From Eledone cirrhosa (taxonomy: Eukaryota), in the NCBI GenBank assembly GCA_964016885.1, contig OZ024740.1, positions 96,038,001 through 96,102,000 of the forward strand: a stretch of 64,000 bases of DNA, read 5' to 3'. The position numbers and the translations under genes are program-made. This document shows, piece after piece, positions 16,621-32,262 of the stretch. Numbering within the stretch: position 1 is the first letter of the stretch; every line of letters starts with the position of its first letter. The notes under the pieces are model-generated. The model was not told where the DNA came from and searched no databases. It saw only the letters and a list, made by a program, of their open reading frames with translations.

Positions 16621-19600
16621 ATACTTAATAAATATATTAATATTTTGTATTTCTTGTTGTCAGAGCAATTTGAAATTGAAATAAACATATGGGCACTAAA
16701 ATTAGTTTTCAGTGCATTGCTAATTATTCAGGTTATAATATGGTTGTTTGGAAATTTGAAACACCTAATACAACTCCGGAAAACATTTATGTGAAAAAGA
16801 ATCCTTTCTATTTGCTTAATCTTATAAGGACGGCATTGCTTATATTTCCGTAGGGAAATAGCTATGGATTCTTTAGAGAGTGAAGTGATTCAATCAAAAA
16901 TTGAAATTCCAATATAGCGTACATTTTTATTAGGTTGTATTTAGGAATTATATTCTAAAGTGCAATGATATATTAATCTACGTACACTTACTGTTTCTTG
17001 TATCTAGTATTGTTTCAGTAATAAATAGCAGCGTATTTTATTTTGGCTGAGTTAAAGCTTTATATACAACAATATTGCATTTCGGGTTTTAGTTTGTTGA
17101 CATTTTGTGTGCTGAGAAATTCAATTATATTCTATAAATGCTAAACGTTTGTTTTTGTCTGTTTTTATTATGTGTTACAGGCTGTGGAATCAAAATATAA
17201 AATCCTAGTCATAAGCATGTTGCTTTTTAGACTATTATTTAAAACAATGTATTTTCCAAACACTTCATAGAATAAAATAACTTATCATTCTATAGTTAAA
17301 ATAATTTATGAATTGAAATAGTTGTATTTCTTTATTTCTGCTAAAATAATAAGATGTCATTGGATGACTATAAGCTATCCTAAGGTGTCTATTTTGCAAA
17401 TGAATTATGGGCAAACAGTTGAAACGTTTCCATCGTAATCATGTAATTCCACATTCCATCACACTCTGATGCATGTTGGTTGTGTTTCCCTTTTACCAAT
17501 AGGACAATTGAAGACTTTTCTGATACGTTTCATAGACAGAAGAAACATATAGCCTGCTGGAGAGGATGTACCAACAATTCGATTTTGAACGTAATCTTTA
17601 AAATGCTATTAAGTTTTCCTCGGATATTTTTCTGTGAACCCTACCAACTGTAAACCTTTATACCAAGGATTCTAGTGTAGGAGATTGTAATATATCCACC
17701 TTTCTCCCACAAACCTCACAGGGTCTTACAATTACGTAAGACAGATACAACAACTTTGGAGGGTGTTGTACATATGATGTAAATATACATATATTATCAG
17801 ATGATTTCCATATCTAGATGAATATAGATCACTTATAAGCATAAATCTAGAAATACATGATCCATTCATTCATTTCCATCAAAAGAGGATCTTTGTATCT
17901 ATATCAATTATTAACTTCGGAAATGTGCTTTAGCTTCACTAACAAGCAAATTAGATAATACAAAATAACCTTATTTACAAGAAACCCTGAATTAACATAA
18001 GGCTGTAAAATAGATATTTGTCGCCAGTTTTGGACAAAATTACATATATACTCACCTTAGTGGGGTACCAAATATTTATTGTGTATAGAAGGCGCAATTA
18101 TTTTGTACTAAGGATTATTTATTAGATATTTCTCATTTAATTGACTAAATAACATATAGTGATAAATATATCATTCATTTAGTTACTTACGTTTTGGTAT
18201 TTGTGGTTATAGAAATATGTTTCGTTCCATCTTTATTTTATCTTTTTGCTTCATGTATAAACGTATTTTTCTATAGTTTCTTTGATATTTCATGGTTTCA
18301 CTTTACTGCTGTACACACGACACTAATTATATGTCTTCAATATGTGTATCAGGAAAGTAAATATTGTAAAAATATAAAACTCTGAAGATAAGATAACCTA
18401 GTAATTTCTTCAGCATTACCACAGTTCTCTTTCTTTTAATGAGGATTAGCTGAGGATTTTAACCAACAACGTGTTAAGAGATTATATTTTTTCTTTCATG
18501 ACATAAATCAGGCACCTATATGTTTTGTGTTCGTTTGGGGGGAAAGAAATCTATTTCAAAAAGTAGTAAATCACTACCAGCAACCTTTGCTTCTCATTAA
18601 ATTGTATTTTATAGGTACGGCAGAACTTACTGATGTGAAATCTTTGTATGCCAAACTAAAAGTATTTCCTAGAAAGTAGCAAATACTAGTAAATTACAAT
18701 ATGAATAAGATATCCATGCAATTTTGTCTTTTGATGTCATATTGTTAACCTACTTATGCATAAAGTTAACGACTAATGACCTTTTTATTGTCAAATATAG
18801 AGAAAATGCACCAGTCTAATTTAACAGATTATATATCAATATTGAATAAAATATCTTTATTGCTTCTCCGAAAATACCTTCAAATTGAGTGTTTATTTGT
18901 GAGGGAAAACAGAAATAGACATACATATGCAACTATTAGTTTATCTGTTAATCTAATGACCTAGCAACGTGTCAACTAATACAAGCAATAAGCAGAACAG
19001 ATACTAACTTTTCCTTTTCTTTATTAAATGTGCAACTAATATATGCATGCATCTGTAACGTCAAAGTGTATGCCTTTCGTGTCTACATGTGTACATCTAT
19101 GGACATATTAAAAGATCTACATTTAAAAATATAAATTTGAACATATGTTAACGTAAACGTACTGAATATAATTATCTTTAATAAAACATTTTAATGAATA
19201 TATTTCTATTGTCGTACTTGGAGTGTGAAACAAACTAATTAGCATTTTCTTGATTAAGTATACATTGGTGACTATATGATACAATCTACAGGATTAATGA
19301 GCTTGCAGTTGATGATACATATGTAAGGGATTAGTTGCACTTTAGAAATGACAAATTCAATATTACATTTTACAATTAGAATTTATAATTTCAATTAGCT
19401 TCATTGTACTGTATATATTCTATTACCCGTAACACAACCTCACATAGTTTGTGTATATTCAACGTCTTTCTGATACATGAGACGTTCGGAATTGACTTTC
19501 AGACGTAAATCCAGTTGTAATCCATTGAACTAAATCCGGGATAATGGTTTGGCCTTAGATATCAAAACAATATTAATGTAAAGCGTACATGAGTATAATT

Positions 19601-21443
19601 TAATATTTCCCATTTGTTTATTCTGAACAGACACAGATATTGCCAAATGATTAGTACTACTGCAAATGGCCAGAATATATTGATTACCAAATTAGATGAA
19701 AATCGCTTACATAATTTATAATCGTTTCTTGATTAAACTGGCATCCACGTTCACAACTTTTGTTTACGTTCTGAGGTCAAATCCTGTAGTTTTAAGTTTC
19801 TGATTCATTTAACTGGTTCAATGTAACAACTTCCCCAATATGGTATAAGTTAATTCAATTTTATGATAACGTTCTACAATTTTATGATCATGAGTTGCCG
19901 AAATCATAGCTGTTGAAACATACACACGCGCGTGCACAAACACATACACACATGTATATATGTGTGTATGTGTATCTCTGCGTGTGAGAGTGTGTGCGCG
20001 TGTATGTATGTATATGTGTATGTATGTGTGTATGTATGCAATTAGGTATGTGTGTATCTAAGTATGTATGTGTGTATATGTGTTTGTATGTGTGGGTGTG
20101 TTTACAATAGGTAGTATACGATGCGGAAATATGAACTTGATATTCTATTTCGATAGTATTCCAATCAAATGAATTATTCAGAAATATCTAAACTTCTGAT
20201 GCTTTACCTTATATTGCTAGCTGATTTATTTTGAAATAATAAAATGATGTTTCCTTCAATGCCCAGCATAATGTAGGTGCCAAAATAATAGAATAACATA
20301 CTGATCTGATCATTTCATGTTTATTTACCATTTTATAATGAATCGTTCTACAGACAACAATATATTTTTCTTAAAGGAATATTTAGTTGATGATGCAAAT
20401 GTGCATTAAGATCTTTGTTAGGTCTTCCGCTTAAATCATTGACAAAACGAAGTGGTTCTAGCACTTTGCTGGGCACATATGAACCATGCGTCACACACAA
20501 GTTAGTGTACTTATAGAAAACAACAACGAAATTATACAATTGATGATAGTATAAATAATTAACATTTATTAACATTTATGAAGGATACGTTTCTATGTTA
20601 GTGACGTTGAAAGAGACTCAGTTGCCGTAACAAACAAAAACATGTGAGTGCCAGTTGATTGTAAGTAGATACAGCATGGCCGTTAAGGGATAAAAGAACA
20701 TGATAGGCTGTTAAACGCCAGACTACGAGTCAAAGAACTGTTCTGCCTTGCAGAGTTAGGTGATTGATATCCACTGCATAATGTTATATTGCCTATATTT
20801 GTAGTTCCTAACAAATGTAGTTCCTTACAATATTGAATCAGAAATATGCGTATAAATTGTGATTAAATTCATAAATATTTGTTTAATATATACCTATTGA
20901 GACTTGTGTAAATCATATATACCTATTCACCTGGTACATTTACGCAGTGATGCAACTCTTTTGTCTATTAATCATTTACACGTTGGATTATGCATATTTT
21001 TTCTAAACACAGGCTGTTTATTTAAATGAGTTATTTTATGTATATGCGCTGATTTTCAAATAATTACATTCAAACACTAAACTGTTCGATAAGCCATGTG
21101 CGGTTGATCACTCTTTAAAACGAGAAAGAAACATTGCAGTTCAGCAACACCATCTATTTATGTAGCAGAAGTGTATGTGTATTTATTTTAATGAAATATG
21201 TGATGCTATTCATGATTACTTAGTACCATTGTCCAATGACATTTTCAGAGGTCTCTATTCAGATTTTGTTACATTTAGAAAGAACAATATCTATTAAATG
21301 TATGGAATGTCAAGATGCGTGTTTTTGACTATGAGCCATGTTAGTATTATCACATTCATCAGAAAAAATATTAAATACTACTAACCCACTACAATATAAC
21401 CTTATTCTGATTTGTCACTGTATGTCGGTCTCTTTCACACACA

Positions 21444-21484
<41 letters not shown>

Positions 21485-21505
21485 CCACACACACACACAC
21501 ACACA

Positions 21506-21548
<43 letters not shown>

Positions 21549-23689
21549 ACACTCTCTCTCTCTCTATCTATTTATCTATCAATCTATCTATCTATGTTTC
21601 TGTTCCTATCCATTATATCTTGTCATATATTCTTCCTTTTTACTGTTTCCGTCTACTAATTCCCTCTAAATTTCATTTAAATCCGGTTAAACCCCATATA
21701 GGTTTCTGCATAGAAAATATGTATTATAATTACAATTAAATTGAAAAGTAAGTGCTATCCATTAAGCACATGAATGCCTTCAAATCTCCTCATGCAACTT
21801 AATCGTTTAACATTCTACGTTTTCAAGTTTTTGTATCGATATTCACGCTGGTTCCCCCTTCTAGCATCTATTTTAATTTTCTTTTCTCAATGATAACTTT
21901 TCGAGAGACCTGTATATTATTGAAATGCCAGTAAGAGAAACGTACTGGAGATATTATTAAAGCAATCAATGTATTTCAAGTTAAAGAAGAGTATAGGGGA
22001 GTAGATGACAACTCAAGTGTTTGTTTTTCTTCAATAGTGATATGTTGTTACTCTGGGCAACGCACAACGTCTTCTAGCCTTAAACAACTTTCGTAAATTT
22101 AGAAATGAATCGATCGCCTGCTTGCTGGTACAGCACTGAATGCACTCTTTAATTCAGTTTAATTGCTGAATGGTTCATTACCCCACAGTGAAACTAATTG
22201 AATTTCACATTGGTTAAGTAAACAAGTCAACATCAAATATCGGAATTTTCTTGTGTCTATTCATAATTACTATACAACCACAGGGTAATGCAGAGCAATT
22301 GATTGCACATTTGATAGTGGTATTTGTCAGCGAGTATCAAGAGTATAGTTTCATTCCCTGCTTACTTCATAATTACTCTAACATTTGTAGCAGTTTTTAC
22401 TTCTATATAAAGCCGAAGTGCCTTTTGGTCACGACGTTGATGAAATTCAATTTTTGTCGATATTTAATACTTTGAATTGTTTTTGTTTGTTGTGCTATTT
22501 TTGGCACCTTTTCATCTTTCAGTATTATATTTACCTATGCCAACCATTAAACACCTTCTTAGAGTTCTTGATTATACACAATTAATGTTAATCATAGCTA
22601 GCTCTAAAATTTGATACGGAACTTCCTTGTAAAACTAAAAACACTACAGTATAAACGCATTTCACCAATTTAGCGGCAAGGACTCTGCCTCGGTGCGAAG
22701 TATTCTCTTAAATACCATTACATTACAAGATTGGATTATTGTATTGTTTCTGCCAAATTTCGTGTCTGTATACTCTATGACAACGCAAATAAATAGATAT
22801 TATTCGACAGTAATAACAATATTTATATTGGTAGTTCCTACATTCGACCCGAGGAGAAGATAATCTGTCATCGTATCATAGATAGTTGCTTTTAAATAAA
22901 CAAGCACTGCTCTTATCACTTAAATAGAGGCCAATTATATGCGTTTAATATTGTCCCAGGTATCTTAAAATGTGATTTCTCACGTCTTCTATAATGTTAC
23001 TCATATATCTTCTTAATAATGTTAAAATAAGGTCAGAAATATATTGTTAACACATATATATAAATGGGGAAGCATTTAGGTAATGCGCAGAATGCCACAA
23101 TGATCGAAAGGAGGTGTTTCTCATATACCACTATGTATTTGAATTATAGCGTTTTATATTCATCCAATTCGATTCATAGCAACTTGCTACTGACATTATG
23201 AAAGTTAGCATAGTTCGAATACAATTCCTCATCGTGAGAAGACCAAGTAAGTTCAAAGATTCTACAAAAGAAAAGCTTTGTACATGAACGTACAATGCTT
23301 AAAATGTAACATGATATCAGAAAATATAATAATAAAACGGCAGGAATAACAATCGTTGTGATATATATTTTAGGCTCAATATCAATAACATTCGTGAACC
23401 GTAAGTTGATTCAATGGATCCCAATTTTAAAATCAGAATATAAAAATCTAGGACCGAATATCGTAAGAAATTTCCGACGCACTAAAAACTCCACCACTCC
23501 AACAACCTTAATAAAAATAACAACATAAAAGAAACCACAACAAAACGTATGATGATGATATGAGCAACTCCAGCATAATCGTATAGAGTTAATGTAATGT
23601 CAATGATACGAAGTGATTCTCTTGATTCTTCACTATCTCGTTAGCGAGTAGATATATTTGGGGACCTTATATATATATTTTGTTTCTGA

Positions 23690-26600
23690 ATTTGTTTAGC
23701 AAGTTTCTTTATCTGAAAACGTCTGTTGAAACGGATATGGTTATACTTTGGGAGGGTCATGCTGCCAATAAGAAACACACGTACCATAAGCTTTCACTCC
23801 AATTTATTATAAATTAAATTATAAATTTAAGAAATTTATAAATATCCGGTTGGTTGGTTGGTTCCATTGTCAAAGTTCTTTCGTCACACATTATGTGACA
23901 TCATCAGTGATTGGAGATTATTTTCTTTGTTTTGTGACTCTCCTTTGATCTTTCGTACGCCATCTTGCTGTTGTGTGTGCTGTGTGCTTATTTTGCGCAT
24001 GTGTTACATCCGGATGTCTGTATGTGTTTTTATTTGTTTATTTATTTGTTTATTTACATGTTACTAGTTGGTTGTTTGTTCTATGTGTGTGTGTTTAAAA
24101 TGTGAAAGCATAGGCACTTTATTCTAATTGAACTTGAACAGGGCCAAACATAAGCGTAACCTAATACAAGAAATATCTAAGATCACCACACCTAAAGAAA
24201 AATAAGAATACATAAACATTATACACGAAAAAGAAAAGTATATCATTCAATAATGCAACAAACTCTTTAACAAGAAATTAACGTGGCTAAAACAGATGAA
24301 ACTAAACCAAGAAACGTCAGAGAATAGAGATAAATATCCAGATTGGATTGATGGTATAACCATGGCTGATGTCTCATTAACGGACGAATTCAACAACAAC
24401 AACACACATATATATACGGCAACACTACAGTGGACTCTTATGAATATCTATCTTACATCTACCACCTAAATATGCCACATATAATAAGGTAAATATGATA
24501 AGATGCTTGTCAGAAATAGAAAAATAATTTACAAAATTACGTTGGAGTCTCAAAAACAACAACAAAAACACAAACAAAAATAACAGCACGAACAACACAC
24601 GCACCTCACACATTCACACACAGACAACACATCCCAACAACACCAGACACACAAACACAAACATCGATATTAACAACAACACACGCAACAATAATAACAA
24701 CAAACACAGAGACAATAACAATAATAACAACAACAGACACACAGACAAAGACAATGATAATAACACACAAAACAATAATAACAACATACACAGAGACAAC
24801 AATAGCAATACACATCATCAACAACAACAACAACAACACACATCAACAACACATACACATCCTATGCCTCTCACCACCAACACAATCTCATCAGACACAC
24901 ATACACAGAAAACAGGAGTAACAATGAGAGACATAGAAACAACCATGATGCTGTTGGTGGAAATAGAAATAGAAACAACAGCACAATTAACAATAGCAAT
25001 AGAACACAACGCATCATGGAATTCCACTTTTTATAACCCTTCAGATATGTGCTTCGACTTACGACGAGTTCACGCCACGACCTTTGCTTTTAACAAACGC
25101 ACGCAATTGCCGTCGCAGTTCGATGAACAAACAGAAGCACAATTTAATATAGCTAGATCTAAACTTAGAAATATTATAGAACAGTATAGCAAGAAGAAAA
25201 ATATAATGGAGGCCCAGCAACTGGGAGAAAAATCTGCAAATGGCTTGCGTAAGCTCCTGCAGCGCTCACGTAATGGATAGATTGCATGCTTTCGAACAGA
25301 TAAGTCTGGAAGATTGTCGGTTGACAGTCTGTCAAACTACATCCAGGCAATGCAACCCCACAAAACTGACACAAGAGAAGTAACACCACAAGAGCCTGAG
25401 GTTAGGGAGAAAACCCCCAACGCTCATATGATGATGTGGACAAACATAATGCAGCCCAATAAACGGACTGTCAACAACTTCAAGGCCAGGAACAATGACG
25501 TGCCAGCGTTGTATGGGCTTCGAAAAGACCATAAGGCGAACAGTGACCCAGATTTTCCTACTTCCTCTCACTGATCGTACGCCCCATTATTGAAATGTCC
25601 CCTGATATATGTGACAGCACAGAGGACCTCCTCAGCAGAATCAACGAAAATAACCGGTCTCGCGACCTAACAGGCTGTATAATTCGTAGCATGGATGTAG
25701 TGTCCCTATACCCATCCATTGACGTGGATTTTGCTGTGGAGAAATCCGTAGAAATGATCAGTGAGCAATGTTGAATTCCGTGGAATTGATACGAGTGCGC
25801 TGGGACTCCTACTTAAACTTACATATAATAATGATTATTTAGATACGTATGACCTTAGCAACCTCTGCCCCACAATGTCAGCAAGAGGCAGACCACATAT
25901 CAATACCTCAACCATCGATTACCTGTACTAGACACAGAGCTCTGGTTAGAAACCATTAATAACAAAAAAATAAATCCTCCATTCCCATTACTACAAACCA
26001 ATGGCTTCCTAATTCCTGATCCACCGAAAGTCAGCTGTTTTGGATCACACCAAAATCAACATACTGATTGCAGATTTAGAACGTGTGATGAGGAACGTGT
26101 CCCGAATGTGCAACCCCAAAGATCTAGTGAGACACATACACAACTTCATCCACCGAATGCGGTTCTCTGGTTACAATCAGAGAGATAAACTCAGAGTATA
26201 TAGAGGAGCCAGAACGAAATGGTAAATAAATGGTAAATAATGATGCAAATGGGACCTGACGCTTGTATAGGAGCAACTTTTGGAATAGAATAGAAAGAAC
26301 TAGGAATAAGGTTAATATAATAAACTCATGGTATGATAGCAATAAATACCAGAGTGTAATGTTCATCAATACAACCCTTAAATGTGATCTGGCTTACAAA
26401 TTTAGAAGGGCCCTGGATAAACTTAAACTAAATATTAAGATAGTGGAAAGAACAGGTACCATAAAACCAATTATTAGTAATACATACCTTTTTCAAAGAC
26501 CTCCCTGTATAGATAATAAATGCATCTCTGTAAACGAAGCCCCCATGTTACATGCAAATCTAGAAACATAGTATACAGCATAAGATGTATTGAGGGACAA

Positions 26601-27245
26601 TTTTAAGATAATAAAATAGTGTCCATAGTTGAGACAGCTCGTAGTATAGGAGAACGATGAAATGAACAATGGCGAGAGCTTCAAGATAGAAAAGACTCCT
26701 CGGTCCTCCTCCAACATGCTAAAATAGAACATAAGGTCAAATTAGAGAACATAGAAATAAAAATAAAATTTACACACAGAAAAGACGCAATGTTTTGATA
26801 AATCAAAGAGGCAATAAACATAAATGAACTCCAACCACAATTATATAGAAAACATGAATGGAATAGCAACATCACAACTTACAATTAAGGACAAAATGAA
26901 AAACACACACACAGAGAAGAAACAACCAACTAGTAACATGTAAATAAACAAATAAATAAACAAATATAAACACACACAGACACCCGGATGTAACACATGC
27001 GCAAACTAAGCACACAACACACAGAAACAAGATGGCGTAGGACAGAACAAATGAGAGTCACAAAACAAAGAAAAGAATCCCCGTTCACTGATGAGGTCAC
27101 TTTATGCGTGACGAAATAACTTTGACAACCCACCGGAAATTTATAAATTTCTTAAATTTATAATTTAATTTATAATACATTGGAGTGAAAGCAATTGGTG
27201 CGTGTGTTTCTTATTAGCAACATGACCCTCGCAAAGTATAACACT
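23690..27245 (+). mobile_element. Degenerate PLE with ~350 bp inverted termini (23740-24096 and 26901-27242); RT catalytic core deleted
   Basis: Homologous to 40247-43543 (FNKRTQLP..TEAQFNIAR, TDKSGRLSVDS, LYGLRKDHK, SMDVVSLYPSI, LPVLDTELW, C-terminal EN remnant). Near 25900 the sequence jumps from RGRP to LPVLDTELW, skipping the YVDD region. Confidence 0.88.
27085..27128 (+). ncRNA. Hammerhead motif in the right pLTR; inverted partner at 23867-23910 (-)
   Basis: UCA-CUGAUGA-gGUCAC uuuaugc GUGAC-GAAA-UAAC-UU-UGA. The left copy reads CUGAUGA-uGUCACAU aau GUGUGAC-GAAA-GAAC-UU-UGA. Confidence 0.65.
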
Positions 27246-30200
27246 ATATATATATATTTTGAATACATGCCTCTTTGTGCGTCATTTATACACTGTCCTA
27301 TATATATATGGCTGTAGCTGGGTGAAGTTTTATTTTGATGAGGAATGATACAATTATTCGAACACGGATTTGTTCACTCATGAGTTTAATGGACAAATAT
27401 GAAATATTCTACAGAGAGTTGTACCTTCAGCCTAATTTTCATCCCGACAACGTGAATTGTTTAAACATCCGACGGGTTTCGGAACTATTTCCGTATATTA
27501 AATGTAATTCATAAATTCATGTCGACCTGAATCTCCTGTAAATTTGACTTGCCTCATATCCTACTGAGTGAAATGGAACCCCCGATGTAATCTCTGTGAA
27601 GCGATGTTTTAACGACATTTATATATCGATGTTTCTCTTTGAAAATGCACCACGTTACAACTTTCATTGACATAGCATTGCACAAAATGTAAAATTAACT
27701 TAAATCTCACTGTATGCATCAATGGATAGCGTTTGAATTGTAAATACATTTCTCTCTGTTTACGTGTGTTATTATACATGAAGCTGTAATTTACAAATAT
27801 TTGGCAGCAAACCATATTTCTACTAAGAATTCCATATTTCTAATGAGAATTCAAGCACGAACCATTGTCATATAAAGTTTTCTATTTGTTTCATGGACTA
27901 ATTCTTATAAACATATACACCAAAGCTTGAAAGATTTGCAAGAAATGTTATTAATGCATACCAAGTTGAATTTATTTATTTTCCTTACGTGTATCTATTT
28001 TCATTGTCCTGTTCTGCTGAGGAAAATCCACGTATTTTCACTCATTCATTTTACCCTTCTACATTCATTAGATCTTTTTATTGTCGTAGTTGATTGATCC
28101 CAATAATAGTGTCGTCAACATATTCTTACAGAAAAATATTTACATTTATTTGGCAATATTTAACTCCGTTTAGCATTTCGTTTCTACCAAAAGTATTTCC
28201 ATCTTAAAAATTAAAATATTCCACTTTTATGTGAAAAGAGTTCTAAATTAGAAAAAAATTATAAAGGATGGAAAATATTGTTGTCAGTATTTCGAAACAA
28301 TTCTGGTAAAATTTGCAGTGAGAAACTTTTAAAATTCACAACTTAACTGCCGTTAAAAGTTACCTATGAGGAATAAAGACAATTTATTATCAGCAATATG
28401 TAACAAGTTAATATTGGTAAATCTCGTCAAGTAGTAGAAATAAAAATTGTTCTCTATTTAGTCAAATCTCCAAATATTTGGTGTGGATCGAAATGCGATC
28501 TTTTGATTAAATGAATCCATAACTAATTTTGTATTAAGTTATTGCCCGCGGAAAGAAGAAAGATTAGTTTAATTGTGATGATATATCAGCTCAATTATTT
28601 GAAATATTCCTGTGTCGTGCCTATTTTCTAAATATAATTGAATTGATAAATGTATACTTGTTTATTATATCGATCCTGGAATGATGAAAAACAAAGGGAT
28701 TCACTGCAGAACTCAGTAGCTACATGTTTGTAAAAATAAATTGGATGGTTTTAAATTAAAAAAGAAATTCATGATGTGGATGAGATATCGCATAATATCT
28801 AGAAATTTGAAATTCGTCGAACGCCACACGGAATCATTTCAAAAGCCAAATTTGATGATAACAATAAAATATTCCCTAAAGTTTAATATTTACTCGTCTT
28901 TCTTGACTGTGGGAGGAATAACAATTTTTAAAAGTTTATGGTATATTTCAATTGTTTCAGAATTGACTGGAGTTCATGTTGGATGTTTAGTGTGGCAAAA
29001 TTAACAGCGCATAGGTTATATATATTTTGGAGGGTGAAATAAGCAATAATGACATCAAACTTTTAAGAAAATAAAACAAATAATATCAAGAAATGAAGCA
29101 GGGGATTAAATTAGGTTGACACTAATGGAGTGAATTACATTAAGTGCAAATTGTATTGTCTGCTTTGTCATGGTAATGTAGGTGCCTCAAATTTATATTG
29201 AAATAAATTAGATCAAGAAACGACTCTAAATAATTATTTGAATACGGAGCGAGAATCCGGATGCTCAGATCATCAATTGCAAAAATATGCACCAATCAAT
29301 TCAAATTCTAAATTGAATTGTTGCATATATATTCACAGATGCAAACGCTTAAATTATATATGAATATATGTATATACATATAAAAACATGGCTGTGTGTT
29401 TGCGTAAATATATGCAAATGTAGTAACAGTTGAAAAATATAGTTACATAAGACAAAAGCGAGATCTGTACTGTTATCACAGCCAAAGTGTTCACGACCAA
29501 ATTCATGCATTCATTTTATATTGTATATGGAATGCCAGTGGGCGCAGCAGATAGATGACAGCGTTGATAGTAAGATGCAGGCAAGACTGCAGCGCATGTA
29601 AGAATAGTTAAGAAAATGTACGGATAACTTTCAATTAAAATTGAAAAAGCTGCGTACAAATTTATGACTAGAAATTTATTAACAACGGCGTTAGCATATA
29701 AATGTTTATAGGGTAACGAGTTTAAAACTAAATAGCGAGAACCAGATATACGCTTATAAGAGAACGATTAAAATATAATTGAGGGCGAATATCAGTCATA
29801 TGCAACAAATCCATTAACAATTATCATAAATAGTAGCAGAAAAACACCGTTCGGGTGGTTTTCTGCTAACATGTGTAGTGTGCATATTGATATTATACGC
29901 AAGTATATATGCATGTAGATATGATAGATCAAATAACATCGCAATTGACAATATACACAGAAATTGAACGAAGACTGCGTTACACGCTCATATGTAATCA
30001 GTAACGTAATCCATGATACAATAAAAAAGACGATATTATATATAATTTTGGATTAGGAGAAAATTAGTGACGGAAATATATGAACGTATATTTAAGCGAT
30101 CACTAAGCGGAAGTGTTGACGTTTGAAATGGTTAAATAAGTAATAAAATATATTTAATCAAATGCTAGAAAAAATATGTAATATACATTCATTCAATGTA

Positions 30201-30451
30201 GTCCAACTTATTTTACTAACTGGATTAAAAGAAATAAACCGTACGCAGTCACACACTCATTACTTTGTTATAGTTTAGATATATTACATAATAACAGAAT
30301 TCTAATTCAAGAAAAGTACATGACGAAGATTATGATTACTGGTCAACGTGTCCGTAGAAACCATTTGTGCTCTACAGAGAAAATAGATTAACTGTAACAC
30401 AAATATCGGAAATAACTGGTACTTACACAAAATATATATTTATACACCCAC

Positions 30452-30546
<95 letters not shown>

Positions 30547-30723
30547 TATATAGTATTAAGTATTAAGTATACTATCTATGGTTATGCAAATACAAACACC
30601 TTTTGTAGTTATATATATTTTTATAAACCCTAAATAGTGGTAGGCAGTAATATATTACTACCTTATTACCAGTAAGTTAAATAGCTCAATGTAATAACAT
30701 CAGATGATTTACACAGCAGTTAT

Positions 30724-31355
30724 ATGAATTATAAGAATCAAAGAACTGTTCAAAACATTTTTATGCTTATAATTGTTTCCTCCAAACCGAGGTTTGGATT
30801 CTTTGGAGCAATTTATTATTGAATGAACACTTATATGACCTCCTTTTCACCCAAGAGACATACAGATACATATGCAAATATGGTGGGTCAACATTCATTA
30901 CAGCATTTAGTGTGGCAGTACACATTTAGAGATTACATTCATATTACAAGATACAATCAAAAATACAGGTTAAAATACAACATGAAATTAAGCGGTTATA
31001 GAGTGCAATGGCTATACGTGTGGCAAGCACGTGCGTCTTGTTTATATAGTGTGGCAGAGAGTTACGTTTAATAGAAGCATTTAAGCAGGTAATCAAGAGT
31101 GTTAAGGGGGTTGATCAGGTAATGAAATCTTTATATGATTGTTATAGCCTGTGCGTGGAGAAATAATATAAGTATTAAAAACAATGTGAGCATTAAAAAT
31201 ATTGGAAATGCGTAGCGAAGCGATGTGCGTGAAAAGGAGGTCATATAAGTGTCCATTCAATAATAAATTGCTCCGAAGAATCCAAACCTCGGTTTGGAGG
31301 AAACAGTTGTAAGCATAAACATGTTTTGAACAGTTCTTTGATTCTTATGATTCAT
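30724..31355. mobile_element. Non-coding ~630 bp element with 127 bp inverted termini carrying HHR-like motifs
   Basis: 30724-30850 is the reverse complement of 31229-31355. The right arm at 31269-31315 reads UGCU-CCGAAGA-a-UCCAAAC cucg GUUUGGA-g-GAAA-CAGUUG-UA-AGCA. Confidence 0.8.
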
Positions 31356-31407
31356 AATTCATATAATTCATAATTCATATAATTCATAATTCATATAATT
31401 CATATGA

Positions 31408-31486
<79 letters not shown>

Positions 31487-31604
31487 GTAGAACACTGGAA
31501 GGTAATATGCGTAGTGGTTGAGCAGCCAGTCCATGGGACGAGTTAGGTAGAAGTCTAACTGTTGTGGAACCACTTATATATATATATATAACGGCCATCA
31601 ATCT

Positions 31605-32215
31605 ATTTTGCGAGGTTTTTGATATGAAATCGTGTGTCGAAACAATTAGTGTTATACTTGGGTAGGGTCATATTGTTGTAATAATATTGCCAGAAATAAT
31701 AACAGAACACACTCACAGTTTTTTAGATGGTTTTCGCTTCTGCATCTTTTATATCTGCATAGTTAATTCATTTGGCCATCAATGTTTATCACTGACTGAC
31801 CAACGGTCAGAAATAGAGATATAAATACATATATATAGTCTAACAAAATTCTTTCATTGCACATCTGCAACATCATCAGTGGCACTATGATCATGGTGTC
31901 CGCTATTGCATTGTATGTATTGTAATATCTACCCCATTTTTATTTGATATATTTATTATATGTGTTTGTTGTTATTGTGATTGTGGAGATATTTATTTCT
32001 TTATTTATATTTCTCTTAAGTCAGTATTGTTTGTTTGAGTGTGGTTGTTATTCCATTCATTTTTTGTGCTTAACTTAGGCTTTCTGAACTGTGTTTCGTT
32101 GCTTCTGTGATCTGTCTACCTGGTGGGTCAGTTCTATGTTTAGATATTTTAATTTCGATGATGTCTATGTTACCCTTATGTTGTTCTCTGCCATGTTCGT
32201 ATAGGAACACTATAC
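31605..32215 (-). mobile_element. 3' fragment of the 40 kb PLE family (EN C-terminus, pLTR with HHR-like core, tail)
   Basis: Minus-strand translation LYEHGREQHKGNIDIIEIKISKHRTDPPGRQITEA matches the EN end at 43340-43450. CUGAUGA-uGUUGCA gaug UGCAAU-GAAA lies near 31852-31880. The tail matches 44040-44112. Confidence 0.85.
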
Positions 32216-32262
32216 GGACATGCCTGGTACTATAATTGTTATTATTGTATATATATATATAT

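Noticed and set aside
16281-16688. Poly-Arg, poly-Glu/Lys and poly-Ser ORFs
   Set aside because: These come from a (GAG/GAT/GAA)n microsatellite.
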